This document shows, piece after piece, positions 47,893 through 61,907 of a DNA stretch of 64,000 nt. Position 1 is the stretch's first letter. The number at the start of each line of letters is the position of its first letter. The notes below the pieces were generated by a model that was not told the DNA's origin, did not search any database, and worked only from the letters and a program-made list of their open reading frames with translations. Position numbers and translations under genes: made by a program. Source of the stretch: Octopus sinensis (Eukaryota); contig NC_043010.1 in NCBI RefSeq assembly GCF_006345805.1, positions 36,394,001 to 36,458,000 on the forward strand, in the 5' to 3' direction.

Positions 47893-48866
47893 ACATATAC
47901 ATCTCTACACGCACACGCACACACCACACACTCACACACACGCACACACACCGCACACACACACACACACACACACATGGACACACTCCACACATACGCA
48001 CAGCACACGCACTCACACGCTCAAATACACACATACAAACGTACAGACACAAGCAGACACATACAGATATGCAAGCATGTACGCAACCCCATACAAGCAC
48101 ACCGGAGAATGTCAGAATGCCAGAACATATATTCCCCTATAGCACTGCGCCATATTTGAAAGACTTACTACTTCTCTTTCGGTTCTTACCATATTTCTTA
48201 CATTCAATTGTCTGTTCTCTTGTCTTCTGATTTTGCTTTCGCGTTTGCAATTCCATATTATTGAGCGTTTTTATTGTTGTTTTTTTTCTATTTTTGGTGC
48301 TGTTGTTGTTGTTGTTGTTGTTGTTGTTGAGGCTGTTAATGTCCTTTGTTCCTGAAATATCTTTTCTCATATACAATATGTGACGTTCAAAAGAAAAGTG
48401 TATGTGTGTGTATACACACACACACATACATACATACATACTTACACACACGCACACACAAACACACGCACACACACACATATATATATATGCAGATATA
48501 TTAACATATTCACACTCACAGAGTGTAGGTATTACATACCTACATACGCACATATATGTATTTAGGCATTTATATATATATATATGACTATTTTTATACG
48601 TATATGTATATATATAAATCTATATATGTATATATGCATATATATATATATATAGATATATAATATATATATATATATATGTATGTACATATGCATATCT
48701 ACACAGACGCACACACATGTATTATATGTATATATATACATATATATACATGCCTATAAATATAATTGCATAGTGGCACCTTGGGCAAGTGTTTTCTACT
48801 ATAGCCTTGGGTCGACCAAAGCCTTGTGAGTGGATTTGGTTGACGGAAACTAAAAGAAGCCCGTCG

Positions 48867-48907
<41 letters not shown>

Positions 48908-49096
48908 ACGTATTTGTCACCCCACCATCACTTCGCAACCGATGTTGGTGCCTTTACCTGCCCATAACCTAGCAGTTCGTCAAAAGACACAGTAGAATAA
49001 GTACTACGCTTACAAAGATTTAGTCCTGGAGTGTATTTGTTCGACTAAAAGCGTGCCCCAACATGGCTGCAGTCAAAATAGAATAAAAGAATAAAA

Positions 49097-49133
<37 letters not shown>

Positions 49134-49214
49134 ATGTATATTCTTTCATTCTTTCATTGTTTCAGAGATTTGAATGAGGCCATGCTGGAGCAGCGGCTTT
49201 TGTCGAACAATTCA

Positions 49215-49245
<31 letters not shown>

Positions 49246-49262
49246 ATTATATATATATATAT

Positions 49263-49293
<31 letters not shown>

Positions 49294-49624
49294 GTATGTA
49301 GGTATATATATATATATATTATATATATATGTGTGTGTGTGTGTGTGGTGTATGTTATATATATATGTATATGCATGTATGAATATATATATATATATAT
49401 GTGTGTATAAGTATATATATATATATATATACATATACACATATACATGTAATATGTGTGTGTGTGTGTGCCTGTGTCTATATACATACACTCAAATATG
49501 ATGCATATGCTATTTTCAAAAAAATCTCCTCCAAATTCTTAGCATTTCATTTAAAAATTTTATTTCCTTCTTCGATTCTTATTCTCTTAATGTTTACTGT
49601 TACTGTTTAATACAGGATTAGAAC

Positions 49625-50275
<651 letters not shown>

Positions 50276-50715
50276 GTATCGATGTGACTGTTGCTTCCTC
50301 CATTGTTTATCTCCTCCTCTATCAATGGGGGTTAGTTGTATTTATGACGAGCTTTTTACTCCATTTTGATGATGATGGCAGTGGAGATGTGAGGATGGCG
50401 TGAGGTCGTTCGAACATTATGGAAAATATTTGACATATAAAGAATTAGGTCATCCTCATCATCAGCATCATCATCATCATTCATATTTTAGAAACCGTTC
50501 TTCGTTTTGCTTACCTTTGTCAACATCAAAAATATCATCGTCATCGTCACAGTCGTTGTCATAATAATGATGATGATGATAATGATGATGACGATGACCA
50601 TCATCATCATCATCATTATCATCATCAGTAGCAGCTACAGTACCATCACCGTCATAACTCTCTTGTTCTTACCGTCCATATTGCGGTCGATGCCAACGCC
50701 ACCACTGCCACTACC

Positions 50716-50804
<89 letters not shown>

Positions 50805-51216
50805 CTCTACTACTGCTACTACTAATACCACTGGCATCGCCGCCGCCGCCGCCGTCGCCACGTTGTAAAAATTCTGGAGGGAAATACGAATTCACTTGTC
50901 TATATAAATGTGGATATGCTGATTAGCTTTTATATGTTCCGATGACGCTTGGTCGGAAATATAAGAGGCAAGTTTTCCTAGCATTTCTAGATTTATCGGA
51001 ATATTATGTTGATAAAGGAAATGAGTCTTATGATTCTAATCCAGAAACGTACGTCCATAATTAACCGAAGACTGTTTGATTTCATTATTTTTCTTCTTTT
51101 TTTTTGCCATATGTGAGTTACAAATATTGTTGTCTGCGGAGACATATTTTTGTAGAAAAGGAAATAGTAGTCCTTTGGCGGTCAAGCAACTTGTTGCAAA
51201 AACCTTTATTGTTATA

Positions 51217-51292
<76 letters not shown>

Positions 51293-51879
51293 GATTGATG
51301 AATGAAGCGGAAGTCTCTAAAGACTAATGCCAAATCCATATTCCGCTTCATTCATCGATTATTATCTTAACTAACACTGTGGAATTCATGAAGTAGATCC
51401 AACAGGAATATACCACAATCGTGGATGACACCAGGTAACCGAAACCGTAAACGTGCTTTACTCAACACGCTTGTTGACAAATACCCATGAATCCTACAAA
51501 AATTATACGTACAAAAACAACATGGTTATATTATTTGGCTCGTATTCGGCACACTAACTTATTCTTCGTTTGGTGTCCCATGATGTACAGCACTGGATGC
51601 TGGACTCGGTTGTAGAACTGATAAAATGAGCCCGGTCTTTGGTTACGTGGCGCACTTTACAATTCCTTTAATCGGTGAGTCAATATATGAGTATATGTGT
51701 GTGCCTGCCTGTGTATGTATGTATGTATGTATGTATGTATGTATGTATGTATGTATGTATGTATGTGTTTATGCATGTGTGTGTGTATGTGTGTGTATTG
51801 TCATCGGAGATATGTAGCGTGAGAAATAACTGAGACAACTTAAAAGAGGAGGTAGAAGGATACAATAATATCATTATTG

Positions 51880-51924
<45 letters not shown>

Positions 51925-52549
51925 CATCATCATCAGCATCATTAGTATTATTCATTCGTACACACACACACACACATATACACACTCAAACACACGTGTA
52001 CACACATATGTACGCATACATATGATATATATATATATATATATACATATATGTATATATATATATATATATACATACACATACACATACATATATATAT
52101 CGCCACCCACATAAATATTTTGAATCACATACCACTTAAAAACGTCTTCGTGTGACACGCTAAATACTTCCTCCATATAATAAATGGTATAGCTGAGCTG
52201 TCTGAAGAGAAAAATTAGAAGACGGCATTTCTACGACTGGTTACGTTGTGTATGTATGTGAGAGTGGTGCTTGCGTTAGTGGTGGGGTGGGGGTAGTGCG
52301 TACTGAAGCAACGTAGGACAGACAGCCACTATATTAGGCTTTTTTTCTATTTTTTTCTTTCTGTTTTTTTCTTTTTTTTTTTTTTTTACTTATTCTCAGT
52401 TCGTATTTATTTTTTTGCTTATTTTTTTCTCGTGTTGCTTTTTATGTATGTATTACATATATATTTGTTATAATTGATATAATTGTCTTTAGTATTATTA
52501 AAGCCTTGGAAATAGTGGTAGCTACAGTAGCAGGAGTAGTAACAGAAAC

Positions 52550-52580
<31 letters not shown>

Positions 52581-52880
52581 CATACATAAATACATACATA
52601 CATACATACATACATACATACATACATACATACATAAATACATACATACATACATACATACATACATACATGCATACATACATACATACATACATACATA
52701 CATACATACATACATACATAAATACATACATACATACATACATACATACATACATACATACATACATACATGCATACATACATACATACATACATACATG
52801 CATACATACATACACACATATACATACATACATACATTCATTCATACATACATACATACATACATACATACATACATACA

Positions 52881-52912
<32 letters not shown>

Positions 52913-52924
52913 CAAAAATATATA

Positions 52925-53215
52925 TGGCTTAGTGGTTAAAGTATCGGGCTTACAATTGTGCATTGTGTTCTTGAGCAAGACACTTTATCTCACGTTGCTC
53001 CAGTTCACTCAGCTGTAGAAATGAGTTGTGACGTCACTGTGGCCAAGCTGTATCGGCCTCTTTGCCTTTCCCCTGGATAACACCGGTGGCATGGAAAAGG
53101 AAGGATGGTATGCGTGGGCGACTGCTGGTCTTCCATAAACAACCTTGCCCGAAGTTGTGCCTCGGTGGGTAACTTTCTAAGTGCAATCCCATGGTCATTC
53201 GTGACCGAAGGGCTT
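52925..53215 (+). mobile_element. SINE family D, long copy
   Basis: tatggcttagtggttaaag...tgtgttcttgagcaagacactttatctcacgttgctccagttcactcagctg. Confidence 0.7.
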
Positions 53216-53234
53216 CATTGTATGTATGTATGTA

Positions 53235-53370
53235 TGTAACCACATGTGAATCGTTGGCGATTTTCCCCTCCGTCTTCCTTTTCTGTTGGACTTTCCTCTG
53301 TCTCCTGTTTCTGACAAAGTGCTTTACTCGAAACGTAAATCCACCTTTCTTTCCTTGCCTGAGCATCTGC
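53235..53370 (+). mobile_element. Penelope-like terminal repeat with decayed hammerhead
   Basis: atcgttggcgattttccctccgtcttcc...gtttCTGACAAagtgctttactcGAAACGTA (G8 to A mutation in the core). Confidence 0.6.
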
Positions 53371-53381
53371 TAAAAAAGATA

Positions 53382-53756
53382 CGACGTGTCGTCAAAAAGT
53401 ATCCGACCTTTAATTTTTTTGCACAAAATAATAATGCGTGATCAAAATCCGCATGGGTATTAAGTGGCCGCGTCCTTTCTGAGCATGCGCAAAAAATTTC
53501 GTGTCTGCAGGTTGTGCCATTCGACCATAGTGACGCGTTGAGTACAGACGTGAAGAGTGTGCTGTGCTGTGCGGCACAACTCTGCAGCATCCCCAAAACG
53601 GATTTCCAGAAAGGTTTCCAGCAATGGCAGGAACGATTACAGGAGTGTGTAAACGTCCAAGGCGAATACTAAGAAGGAGACCAAATCAAAATGATGCCTT
53701 TTTAAAAATATTACTTGTTTTTGGTTAACGGTCAGATACTTTTTGACTACACCTCA
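53382..53756 (+). mobile_element. mariner-derived MITE (375 bp)
   Basis: TA-flanked imperfect TIRs cgacgtgtcgtcaaaaagtatccgacc / ggtcagatactttttgactacacctca. Residual C-terminus IPKTDFQKGFQQWQERLQECVNVQGEY*EGD. Confidence 0.8.
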
Positions 53757-53909
53757 TATTGTGATGTAAAACCTGCAGTTTTATGCGGTTATTGGTCATC
53801 TCGCTTCGTCCGGTCACTAGGTTCTAATGACGGAGACTCTGTGAGCGGTATTTGTATTGCATAAGTGTTTATCACTATAATCCAATGATATACAGATGTG
53901 TCTTTAAGG

Positions 53910-54093
53910 CAGTGCCCCGCAACCTTTTACCACTTGCGGCACACTTATATTCTTTTCGAACTTCGGCGGCACACCTGAACTAAAAATATATCTAAAAATA
54001 GAGGGAAGAATATTATATTCAGGTTACACTGCGGCACACTTAGCATCGTCTCGGACACACCAGTATGCCACGGCAACCTGTTGGGGAGCACTA
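53910..54093. mobile_element. hAT MITE, same family as 13157-13324
   Basis: CAGTGCCCCGCAACC...TGTTGGGGAGCACTA with 8 bp TSD ctttaagg/ctttaggg (7/8 match). Confidence 0.85.
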
Positions 54094-54358
54094 CTTTAGG
54101 GTGATCTCTTTTGTTATTACATCTGCAGAAAGTCTTACGGCGATGGAAGATTGACGGCATGTGCAGACCTAAACAGTTAGAAATGCACATTAAGTTCAAC
54201 TTTCGTTTGGAGATTTTCTGAATAGACGTGTGAGAGGTCATGGATGGAAAGTCATGACATATCATTGATAAGAAGGCAGCAACGGCAATCATCTGTTATA
54301 AAAGATATAACAAGTCCTACATATATACATGTGCGTATGTGTATATATACACATATGC

Positions 54359-54433
<75 letters not shown>

Positions 54434-54534
54434 CGTATATATATATGTACGTATGTACAAATATATATATGTACATACAAGTAAATATTTTTCTCATATG
54501 TATATGTATATGTGTGTGTGTACATATGTGTGTG

Positions 54535-54584
<50 letters not shown>

Positions 54585-54960
54585 CACACACATATGTACA
54601 CACACACATATACATATACATATGAGAAAAATATTTACTTGTATGTACATATATATATTTGTACATACGTACATACATGCATGTAAATATATACATATAT
54701 ATAGATACATACATACAGACAGGCATACATACACACACATATAAATACAGACACACATCTATAGACATGTATACAGATATATCTATGCATATGTATGCAT
54801 GTGTGTGTGTTTGCGTGTGTGTGTGTGTAAACGTGTTTATATATATATATGTAAACACACAGGTATATGTATATATGTATATTATCTTTCACTTTTTCAT
54901 TATATGAGGTGTGGTCATGTATGGGCATACATAAATACATGTAAATATATACATACGTGC

Positions 54961-55005
<45 letters not shown>

Positions 55006-55041
55006 CCTATCTATCTATCTATCTATCTATCTATCTCTATC
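54961..55041. repeat. (TATC)n array, left flank of the Tx1 element
   Basis: About 20 ATCT units ending immediately before acaatggacgg. Confidence 0.95.
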
Positions 55042-55259
55042 ACAATGGACGGACGCTAGTCATATCGGCTCCAAGTAAGTTGGCCACTTTTACATGTTTA
55101 AAACTCCTTGTTGTCAAATATTTTGTTTTAATCGTTGTGCAAATTCATTCACTAAAAAACCTGAGAATTATTCACGTAGAATTCCGCCCCTGTATGGGCG
55201 AAATTACAAAAAAACTTTCAAAACTTTCGTGGGTTTTTTAGCCATTTTTCATTTTGAAA

Positions 55260-57257
55260 ATGGCAACTAGAAACCACGTGGCTAGCCCGCCAGTCATGCA
55301 GAACGGTAGCAAAACACTATTGCTACCACTAGCTGCTAAACATCGCAGCGTGAACACCGCTGTCACCACCATCACCACCACCAACAACAACAACAACAAA
55401 TCTAACGTCGCATTCACCATCGCCGCGACCAAAGACATTAACTTAGATTTCCCCTCACTCCCCACACCACTTGTTGATGATAAAGGGACAGAGAAAGGGA
55501 TTTCAAAAATGAATACAAACGAAAACATGAATGCCAGCACCACCACCATCACCACCAACAACAACAACAACGAAATTGGCACAAAGCCGCCTACCAAGAC
55601 AACACCGCCAACACCAACACCACTACTACGACGTCAAATGCTACATCCAAGCCTTCTGCTGCTAATACGCCGCCAACACCAACACCACTACCATGACTTC
55701 AATTAACACTGCCACAATTAACACTTCTACTGCCAAATTCAAAACGAATTTTGCGGACGTAACAAAACAAAAAGAACAATTGTAACATTCACCACACAAG
55801 AGATAAACCGCACAAAGGCACTCTTCTCCAAAGAAGGAGACAAATTGCACCTTCATATTCCACAACACATCGTGGAAAACACGCAAAAAAAAACAATAAT
55901 TTATAAAGTAATAAACAAAAAACAAGAAGAACAGAAAATGCACCGCAGGAAAAAATCGATAAATGCCTTCGTCCTGTATGGGACTCCAAGGAATATATCA
56001 GTTGGGGAAACAAATTTGGTACAGTCCAAGTACGTTTCCTCAACGAAAGTTTAGCAAAACGTTTTTCCACATTGGAGCTACATTCGGACGACTTGGTAAT
56101 GATACCAGTCTATTTAAACAAAAGGGTCACGAAAGTCCAAATAAAAAACATACCATTTGATGTCGAAACACAATGGGTGGTCTCTGCCATCTGCTTTGAA
56201 ATGTCAGAGACAATGTCAGAGACAAACATCCTGGAAATCGCGGTTCTAGGAGAGAAAGACTATGTGGGCAAATCAATCGAATTCCTGCTTCAATTGGATG
56301 AAGCAGCAAGAGAGAAGATACCCACCGCTATAGAACTGCCAGGAGGCTACAAACTCTATATAGTGGTAGAGGGCAGGCGACCACGCTGCTATTTGTGTGG
56401 AAGCGAAACACACTTGAAAAAGACGTGCCCAACCACTGCACACCAAGAGCAACAACAACCACTACCACAACCAAAGCACTCCGGAAAAAAAAGCTCTACT
56501 ACCCACACCACCATCAACACAGAAGACGACAAGAGAAGCACACCAAGCTAATCCGTCATCAACCAAAAACCACTCGACACCTGGAAAAATACCAACACTA
56601 CCATCAACAGCAAAACCCAAAGGAACAGAAAAACAAAGAAAACACACACAAACTGATCCCCCATCCTTATACCGCACTCAACACACACAAACACTCAACA
56701 ACCAACAACAACGAAACAACAACAACCAACCACTTACACAGACATACATAGAAGCCCACAACATACCCCTACCCCCTTCTGATTCCTCAGAAATTTCGTC
56801 GGAAGACGAAACCAGTGAGGAATGGCAAATAGCTACAAAAAGAAGGAAAATAAGAGCAGAAACACACCAAACCAAATGCAAACACGAACAAAGCAGGGGG
56901 AAATACATCTCCCGAAGACATTTCAAAACCCAACGCAAACAACAGCCACACCAACACCACAAAAACATATACAGCAAACATGCTCACAGCCATAGACACC
57001 AAAAACACAAATTTGATGGAATACATCCAATCAAAACAAACATAACAGAAGATGACATAAAAACAAACAACCACCCATACACAACACCACCAGACCACAT
57101 CAAAATAATACACATCTCCAAAAGTCTGCACCACACACTCAAAGGCATTTTCCCCAGTGCGGTTGGTAAATGCCAAAAATATCTCACAAAGAAACTGTAC
57201 TGGGATCTTCTCGAGGACAAACCAACGGAGGAGAAAGCAAAAACTTTCGAGCAGTAA
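55260..57257 (+). pseudogene. Tx1 ORF1 (gag-like), frameshifted
   Basis: Thr/Asn-rich N-terminus, RRM-like segment (FGTVQVRF...VTKVQIKNIPF), IP..I.LPGGYKLYIVVEGRRPR, CCHC knuckle CYLCGSETHLKKTC, low-complexity linker, ends EKAKTFEQ* at 57257. Stitched across several frames and at least one stop. Confidence 0.8.
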
Positions 57258-57288
57258 GTAACCCTCTGTATTCTAATTCATTAGAACT

Positions 57289-60200
57289 ATGATCAAGATT
57301 GGTTGTGTAAATGCGCGTGGCTTGGGGTCCCCTTGGAAACAAGGGTACCTCTTAAATGACATAAAGTCACATAAGTTAGAAATCATAGCCATAAGCGAGA
57401 CCAGACTCCACAATCCGCGGGCCCTAAAGACCATGTGTTTGGCGGACAGTTCAACATTTATTTTTCCCCCTGTCTGCCGAGAATGGGCGGTAGTGGCACC
57501 GCGGTACTTTTTCACAAGAGTCTGGATCTCAATGTAAGGACAATATTCGTAGACCCGGAGGGTAGACTGGTCGTCCTGGATGTCGACGGCAGCAATGGGT
57601 GCGCTTTTCGGCTCGTATCAGTTTACGCACCGCCCTTAACAGGTCGGGCGGATTTCTTTCAACGTCTAGAAGTTTTCTTGGGAACGTCTCGTCCTTTACT
57701 CTTAGTGGGGGATTGGAATGCTACCTTGGACACGCATGTAGACTACGTGGGTAGAGATAGGAATAGACGGGGATGCAAATGCCTCAGAGACCTGCTCAGA
57801 CGCTTTCAACTGTCTGACAGGTTTCGACTAGACCACCCGAATGCGCCAACGTGGACATGGAGCAACCGCATCGGGTCGTCGAGATCGTATCTAGATAGGA
57901 TACTGTGTAGGACAGTAGATAGAGATAGCATAGGATGTCCACAATTCCACATAGTCAGCTACACGGATCACAAACTTGTGACATGTACGCTAGACTTAGG
58001 TAAGACACTTAGGCAGGGTCCCGGATACTGGAAACTAAACGCGTCTTTCCCATCGAGACAAGTTTTCAGAGACCGGATTAGCACACTAGTAAAGAGGGCT
58101 TTGACGGGAGCCATCATCAACAACAAATGGTGGTTTGCCCTCAAGAGAGCAGTAAAAGCAGAAGCGATTAGGTACAGCAAAGCACTAGCCATAGATAGAA
58201 ATAGAGTAGAGGGTGAGCTAGTTAAGAAGCTAGAAGAGGCAATTAGAAGCGGCATCGCATCCGACGTTTTGGCGGCGAGGTTGGCCCTCGACCAACACTT
58301 CAACGCCAAACACGAAGGATGTGCTGTCAGAGCTAGGATGCGTGCTCTAAGGAACGAAGGTGTTGGAGCGCGAGAGAGAGGCCCGGGTGGCAGAGGCGCA
58401 ACAGGGCAACAAAGCCACCATTCGGTCCCTGGTAGATGAACAGGGGCGCGAATTGCTCGAGCCAAGTAAAATGTGTGAGGCCTTTCAGCAGCATTTTGCC
58501 CGACTGTTCGGAACGAGTGGAGGGCAAGAACGTAGGGTGGACTTCAGTGCCTACCTACATAGCCTACCACGACTCTCGACAAGAAAGGCAGGGTGCTGCG
58601 AAGGTGCCATCACGGCGGCGGAAGTGCGGGAAGCGATGGCAGAATGCTCGAGGGACAAATCACCGGGTTTGGATGGTCTACCCTACGAGCTTTACAATTG
58701 TATGCCAGACTTGTTTGGAGATCTCTTGGCGGCGGTGTACTGCAACTGGCAGCAAAACGGGAGCATTCCTGGTTTTGTGAGCCGAGGAGCCGTAACACTG
58801 CTGAAGAAAGATCTAAACAAGGGAAATGTAATAGATAACTTTAGGCCCATCACTCTGCTTAATGCAGACTTGAAAATTTTGGCCAAGGTGCTAGCCAAGA
58901 GGTTGGCGCTTGTCATCGAGAAACTGGTCGACAAGGCGCAAACATGCGCCGTGCCAGGCCGGACCATCCATGACAACCTCCATCTGATGCGCTACATCAT
59001 AGACAGGGTAGTTAACGAACCTGGCATGGGTGGGGCCCTGATCAACTTGGATCAATCAAAAGCCTTTGATAGGGTAGACCATCGATACTTGGAGGCAGTC
59101 CTGAGAGCGGCTGGTTTCGGTCCCGTCTTCCGCGGCTGGATAGCTGCCTTGTACAGAGGCATCCGTTCGGTAATTCGCGTAAATGGACATCTATCGAGAC
59201 CTTTCGACATTGCACGTTCGGTCCGTCAGGGATGCCCCCTCTCGGCGCTTCTATACGTATTGACTCTTGAGCCACTACTGCGGAAGCTGGCGACTCTAAG
59301 GGGCATCCCGCGAGAATTGGGATGCGGGACGAGCGTGTCTGCATACGCGGACGACGTCACCGTCATAGTGTCTAGCCACGAGCACATCGAGCTGGTCGGC
59401 GAGACACTGAAAAACTACGAAGCGGTGACAGGAGCAAAAATCAACCGGGAAAAGTCAGTGGGCTTGCGACTAGGCACCTGGAGAAGCAAGCCCATGCCGT
59501 CCACCAGCGCCTCCGTCGTGGGACGCTGGACCGACGGCCCGGTTGAGTTGCTCGGGGTCTGGTTTGGTCCGGACCTCCAAGTGGAGAAGAACTGGAACGA
59601 GATAACGAGTAGGGTGGTCACTCTCGCCCGGCAATGGGCCGAGAGGAAACTGTCCCTAAAAGGTCGAGCGGAGGTGGCGAACACGTACATCGCGTCCGTC
59701 ATCTACTACCGCCTGACCGTCGTACCTTGTCCCGACCCTACCATCACCAAACTACAACGCATCCTCTTTCGCTTCTTGTGGAAAGGATGCGTCCCGATGG
59801 TCAGGCGATCCATTTGCTGTCAACACCCGTTAAAAGAGGGCTGGGCATGCCGTGGTTGATGATGCGCAGACACGCGCTGAGACTGCGACATCTCTGGCTC
59901 TATGTAGACGACGGTGAACAGGTGTGGTCGCCGTTTGTGAGGCACGCTTTCCCGCAGCTCGTCTCCATGACCGAACTGCAGTCGTGGATCAAAAAGAGGC
60001 GAGAGGAGGAAGGGCGAATGGCACCGCGAGTGTCGCGTTGCTCTCAAGCAACTCTGCCGTCCTGGGTCGACCTTAAGTGACTTCAACACAACCAAAGCAT
60101 TCTATAGGGGTTTAGTGGAGGGGAGGTACGACGACGAGCTCGGGGCGAACCTGGACGTCGACGAGGAGTACCTGACCCGCCTGTTCGGGACGACTTTCGG

Positions 60201-60731
60201 GCCAGGGCCATGGACAACTTCCAGAGATCCCTGGCCTGGCAGTGCTACCGAGAAGCGCTACCCGTTCGGGATAAGCTCTACAGACACGGCTCGAGAAACA
60301 CGGGGCCGACCTGCCCGAGATGCGGTCAGAGCGACGAAACCGTTCTGCACGCACTCGTTCAGTGTCCAACAATTTCCGACCTGTGGGCTTATGTCGAACA
60401 ACTGCTGTCACGTGTGGGACGAGTCGGTTTATCAGCTGAGTCTATCGTCAATATTGTCACGCCTCCTTCCTTCAAACGGGAAGGAAGAGCTATTTTCATC
60501 ATCCTTGTGGCTATGGCGAAAGAATGTATCTGGTGGACGCGTCTGAAAGGATTGGAGACAAACACTTTCCTCTCTGGTCAATCTCTCATCAACTTCTTCA
60601 AGTACCACTTGAAAAGGAAAGTGAGAGTAGAGAGGCAAGTTTTGTCTAGCGAATGTTTTAAAAAAAGATGGGTGAATGTAGCAAGAATGGCACGTATGAA
60701 TGACGAAGCCACCTTGAGCATAGTCCTATGA
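57289..60731 (+). pseudogene. Tx1 ORF2: APE endonuclease + reverse transcriptase + C-terminal CCHC; five frameshifts
   Basis: EN: IGCVNARGL, ISETR, VYAP, GDWNA, LDRI, TDHK, GYWKLN. RT: KSPGLDGLP, NFRPITLLNADLKI, LDQSKAFDRVDH, VRQGCPLS, YADDV. C-terminus: CPRCGQSDETVLHALVQC. Confidence 0.95.
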
Positions 60732-61137
60732 ACCCAGAAATCGAAAACAGAGAGTTGCTTATTTGCAAAAAAAAAAAAAAAAAAAGAAGTATAAAATGTG
60801 ACTTCATTGACCGAGGTTACCGTGGTCTTTTCCGCAGGCTTTTCTTTCCACGGGTAAACCTCACCTGTCCTCCCTTTACACTTCATATTGACATTTCTGT
60901 GATAACGATCCCTATTGATCATTTTTTTTCCTCTCCCCCCCCCTTTTTTTTTTTTTTTTTTTTTTAACCCCCCTTATTTTTGTCCTCTTTCTCTCCTTTT
61001 ACGATCCCTTTTGATCGAACCTCCCCCTTCCTTTTTTTTTTTTTTTTTTTTTTTAATACCTCAAAAGAAAAGCTCTACTATTCTACCTTGTAATTTGTTC
61101 TATCTGTGTGCAGCCCTGTGTGGCTAATAAAGAAACA

Positions 61138-61182
<45 letters not shown>

Positions 61183-61184
61183 GA

Positions 61185-61219
<35 letters not shown>

Positions 61220-61236
61220 TCTACCTATCTATCTGA

Positions 61237-61298
<62 letters not shown>

Positions 61299-61330
61299 GT
61301 CTGTCTGTCTGTCTGCCTACCTATCTGTGT
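61138..61330. repeat. (TATC)n/(TGTC)n array, right flank of the Tx1 element
   Basis: Begins immediately after AATAAAGAAACA, on the same strand as the left flank. Confidence 0.95.
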
Positions 61331-61876
61331 GTCTATCTACATATATATATGCATGTATACAATGTGACTGTCTCTATATGTTTATGAATATGTATATGTG
61401 TATGTATACGTAAATGTGTGTGTATGTATTTGAGTGTGTGTTTGTGTGTGTATGTGTGTGTGTGTGTGTGCGGGTGCACACACACACACATATGTATGCA
61501 ATTTCGGTAATATTATGCCTGATAACGTAAAGTAATAGGTACGCAGAATTAGTATTCAGGTTGACTTGCCACCTAAATTCTTACTTGATTTGCAACTAAG
61601 AAAATCATGGCTGTTATAGCTGCCTAATAAACATTCTTTTCTACTCTAGACACAAGGCCCGAAATTTTGGGGGAGGGAACCAGTCGATCAGATCGACCCC
61701 AGTAAGTAAGTGGTACTTAATAAAGGATGAAAAGCAAAGTTGACCTCGGCGGAATTTGAACTGAGAACGTAAAGACAAACCAAATGCCGCTAATGATTTT
61801 TACCTTTTCTCGTTTAAACATCACCACCACGACCATCGCCGCTGCCACCGCCACCGCCGCTACCGCCACCACCACT

Positions 61877-61907
<31 letters not shown>

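Larger units (their letters stand above)
55042..61137 (+). mobile_element. Near-full-length L1/Tx1-clade LINE (~6.1 kb)
   Basis: 5' UTR, ORF1, short spacer, ORF2 (APE endonuclease, RT, CCHC), T-rich 3' UTR, AATAAA at 61126-31. No poly(A); (TATC)n on both sides. Confidence 0.95.

Noticed and set aside
57968-60411. Antisense ORFs within Tx1 ORF2
   Set aside because: Expected by-product of GC-rich coding sequence; no independent motifs.
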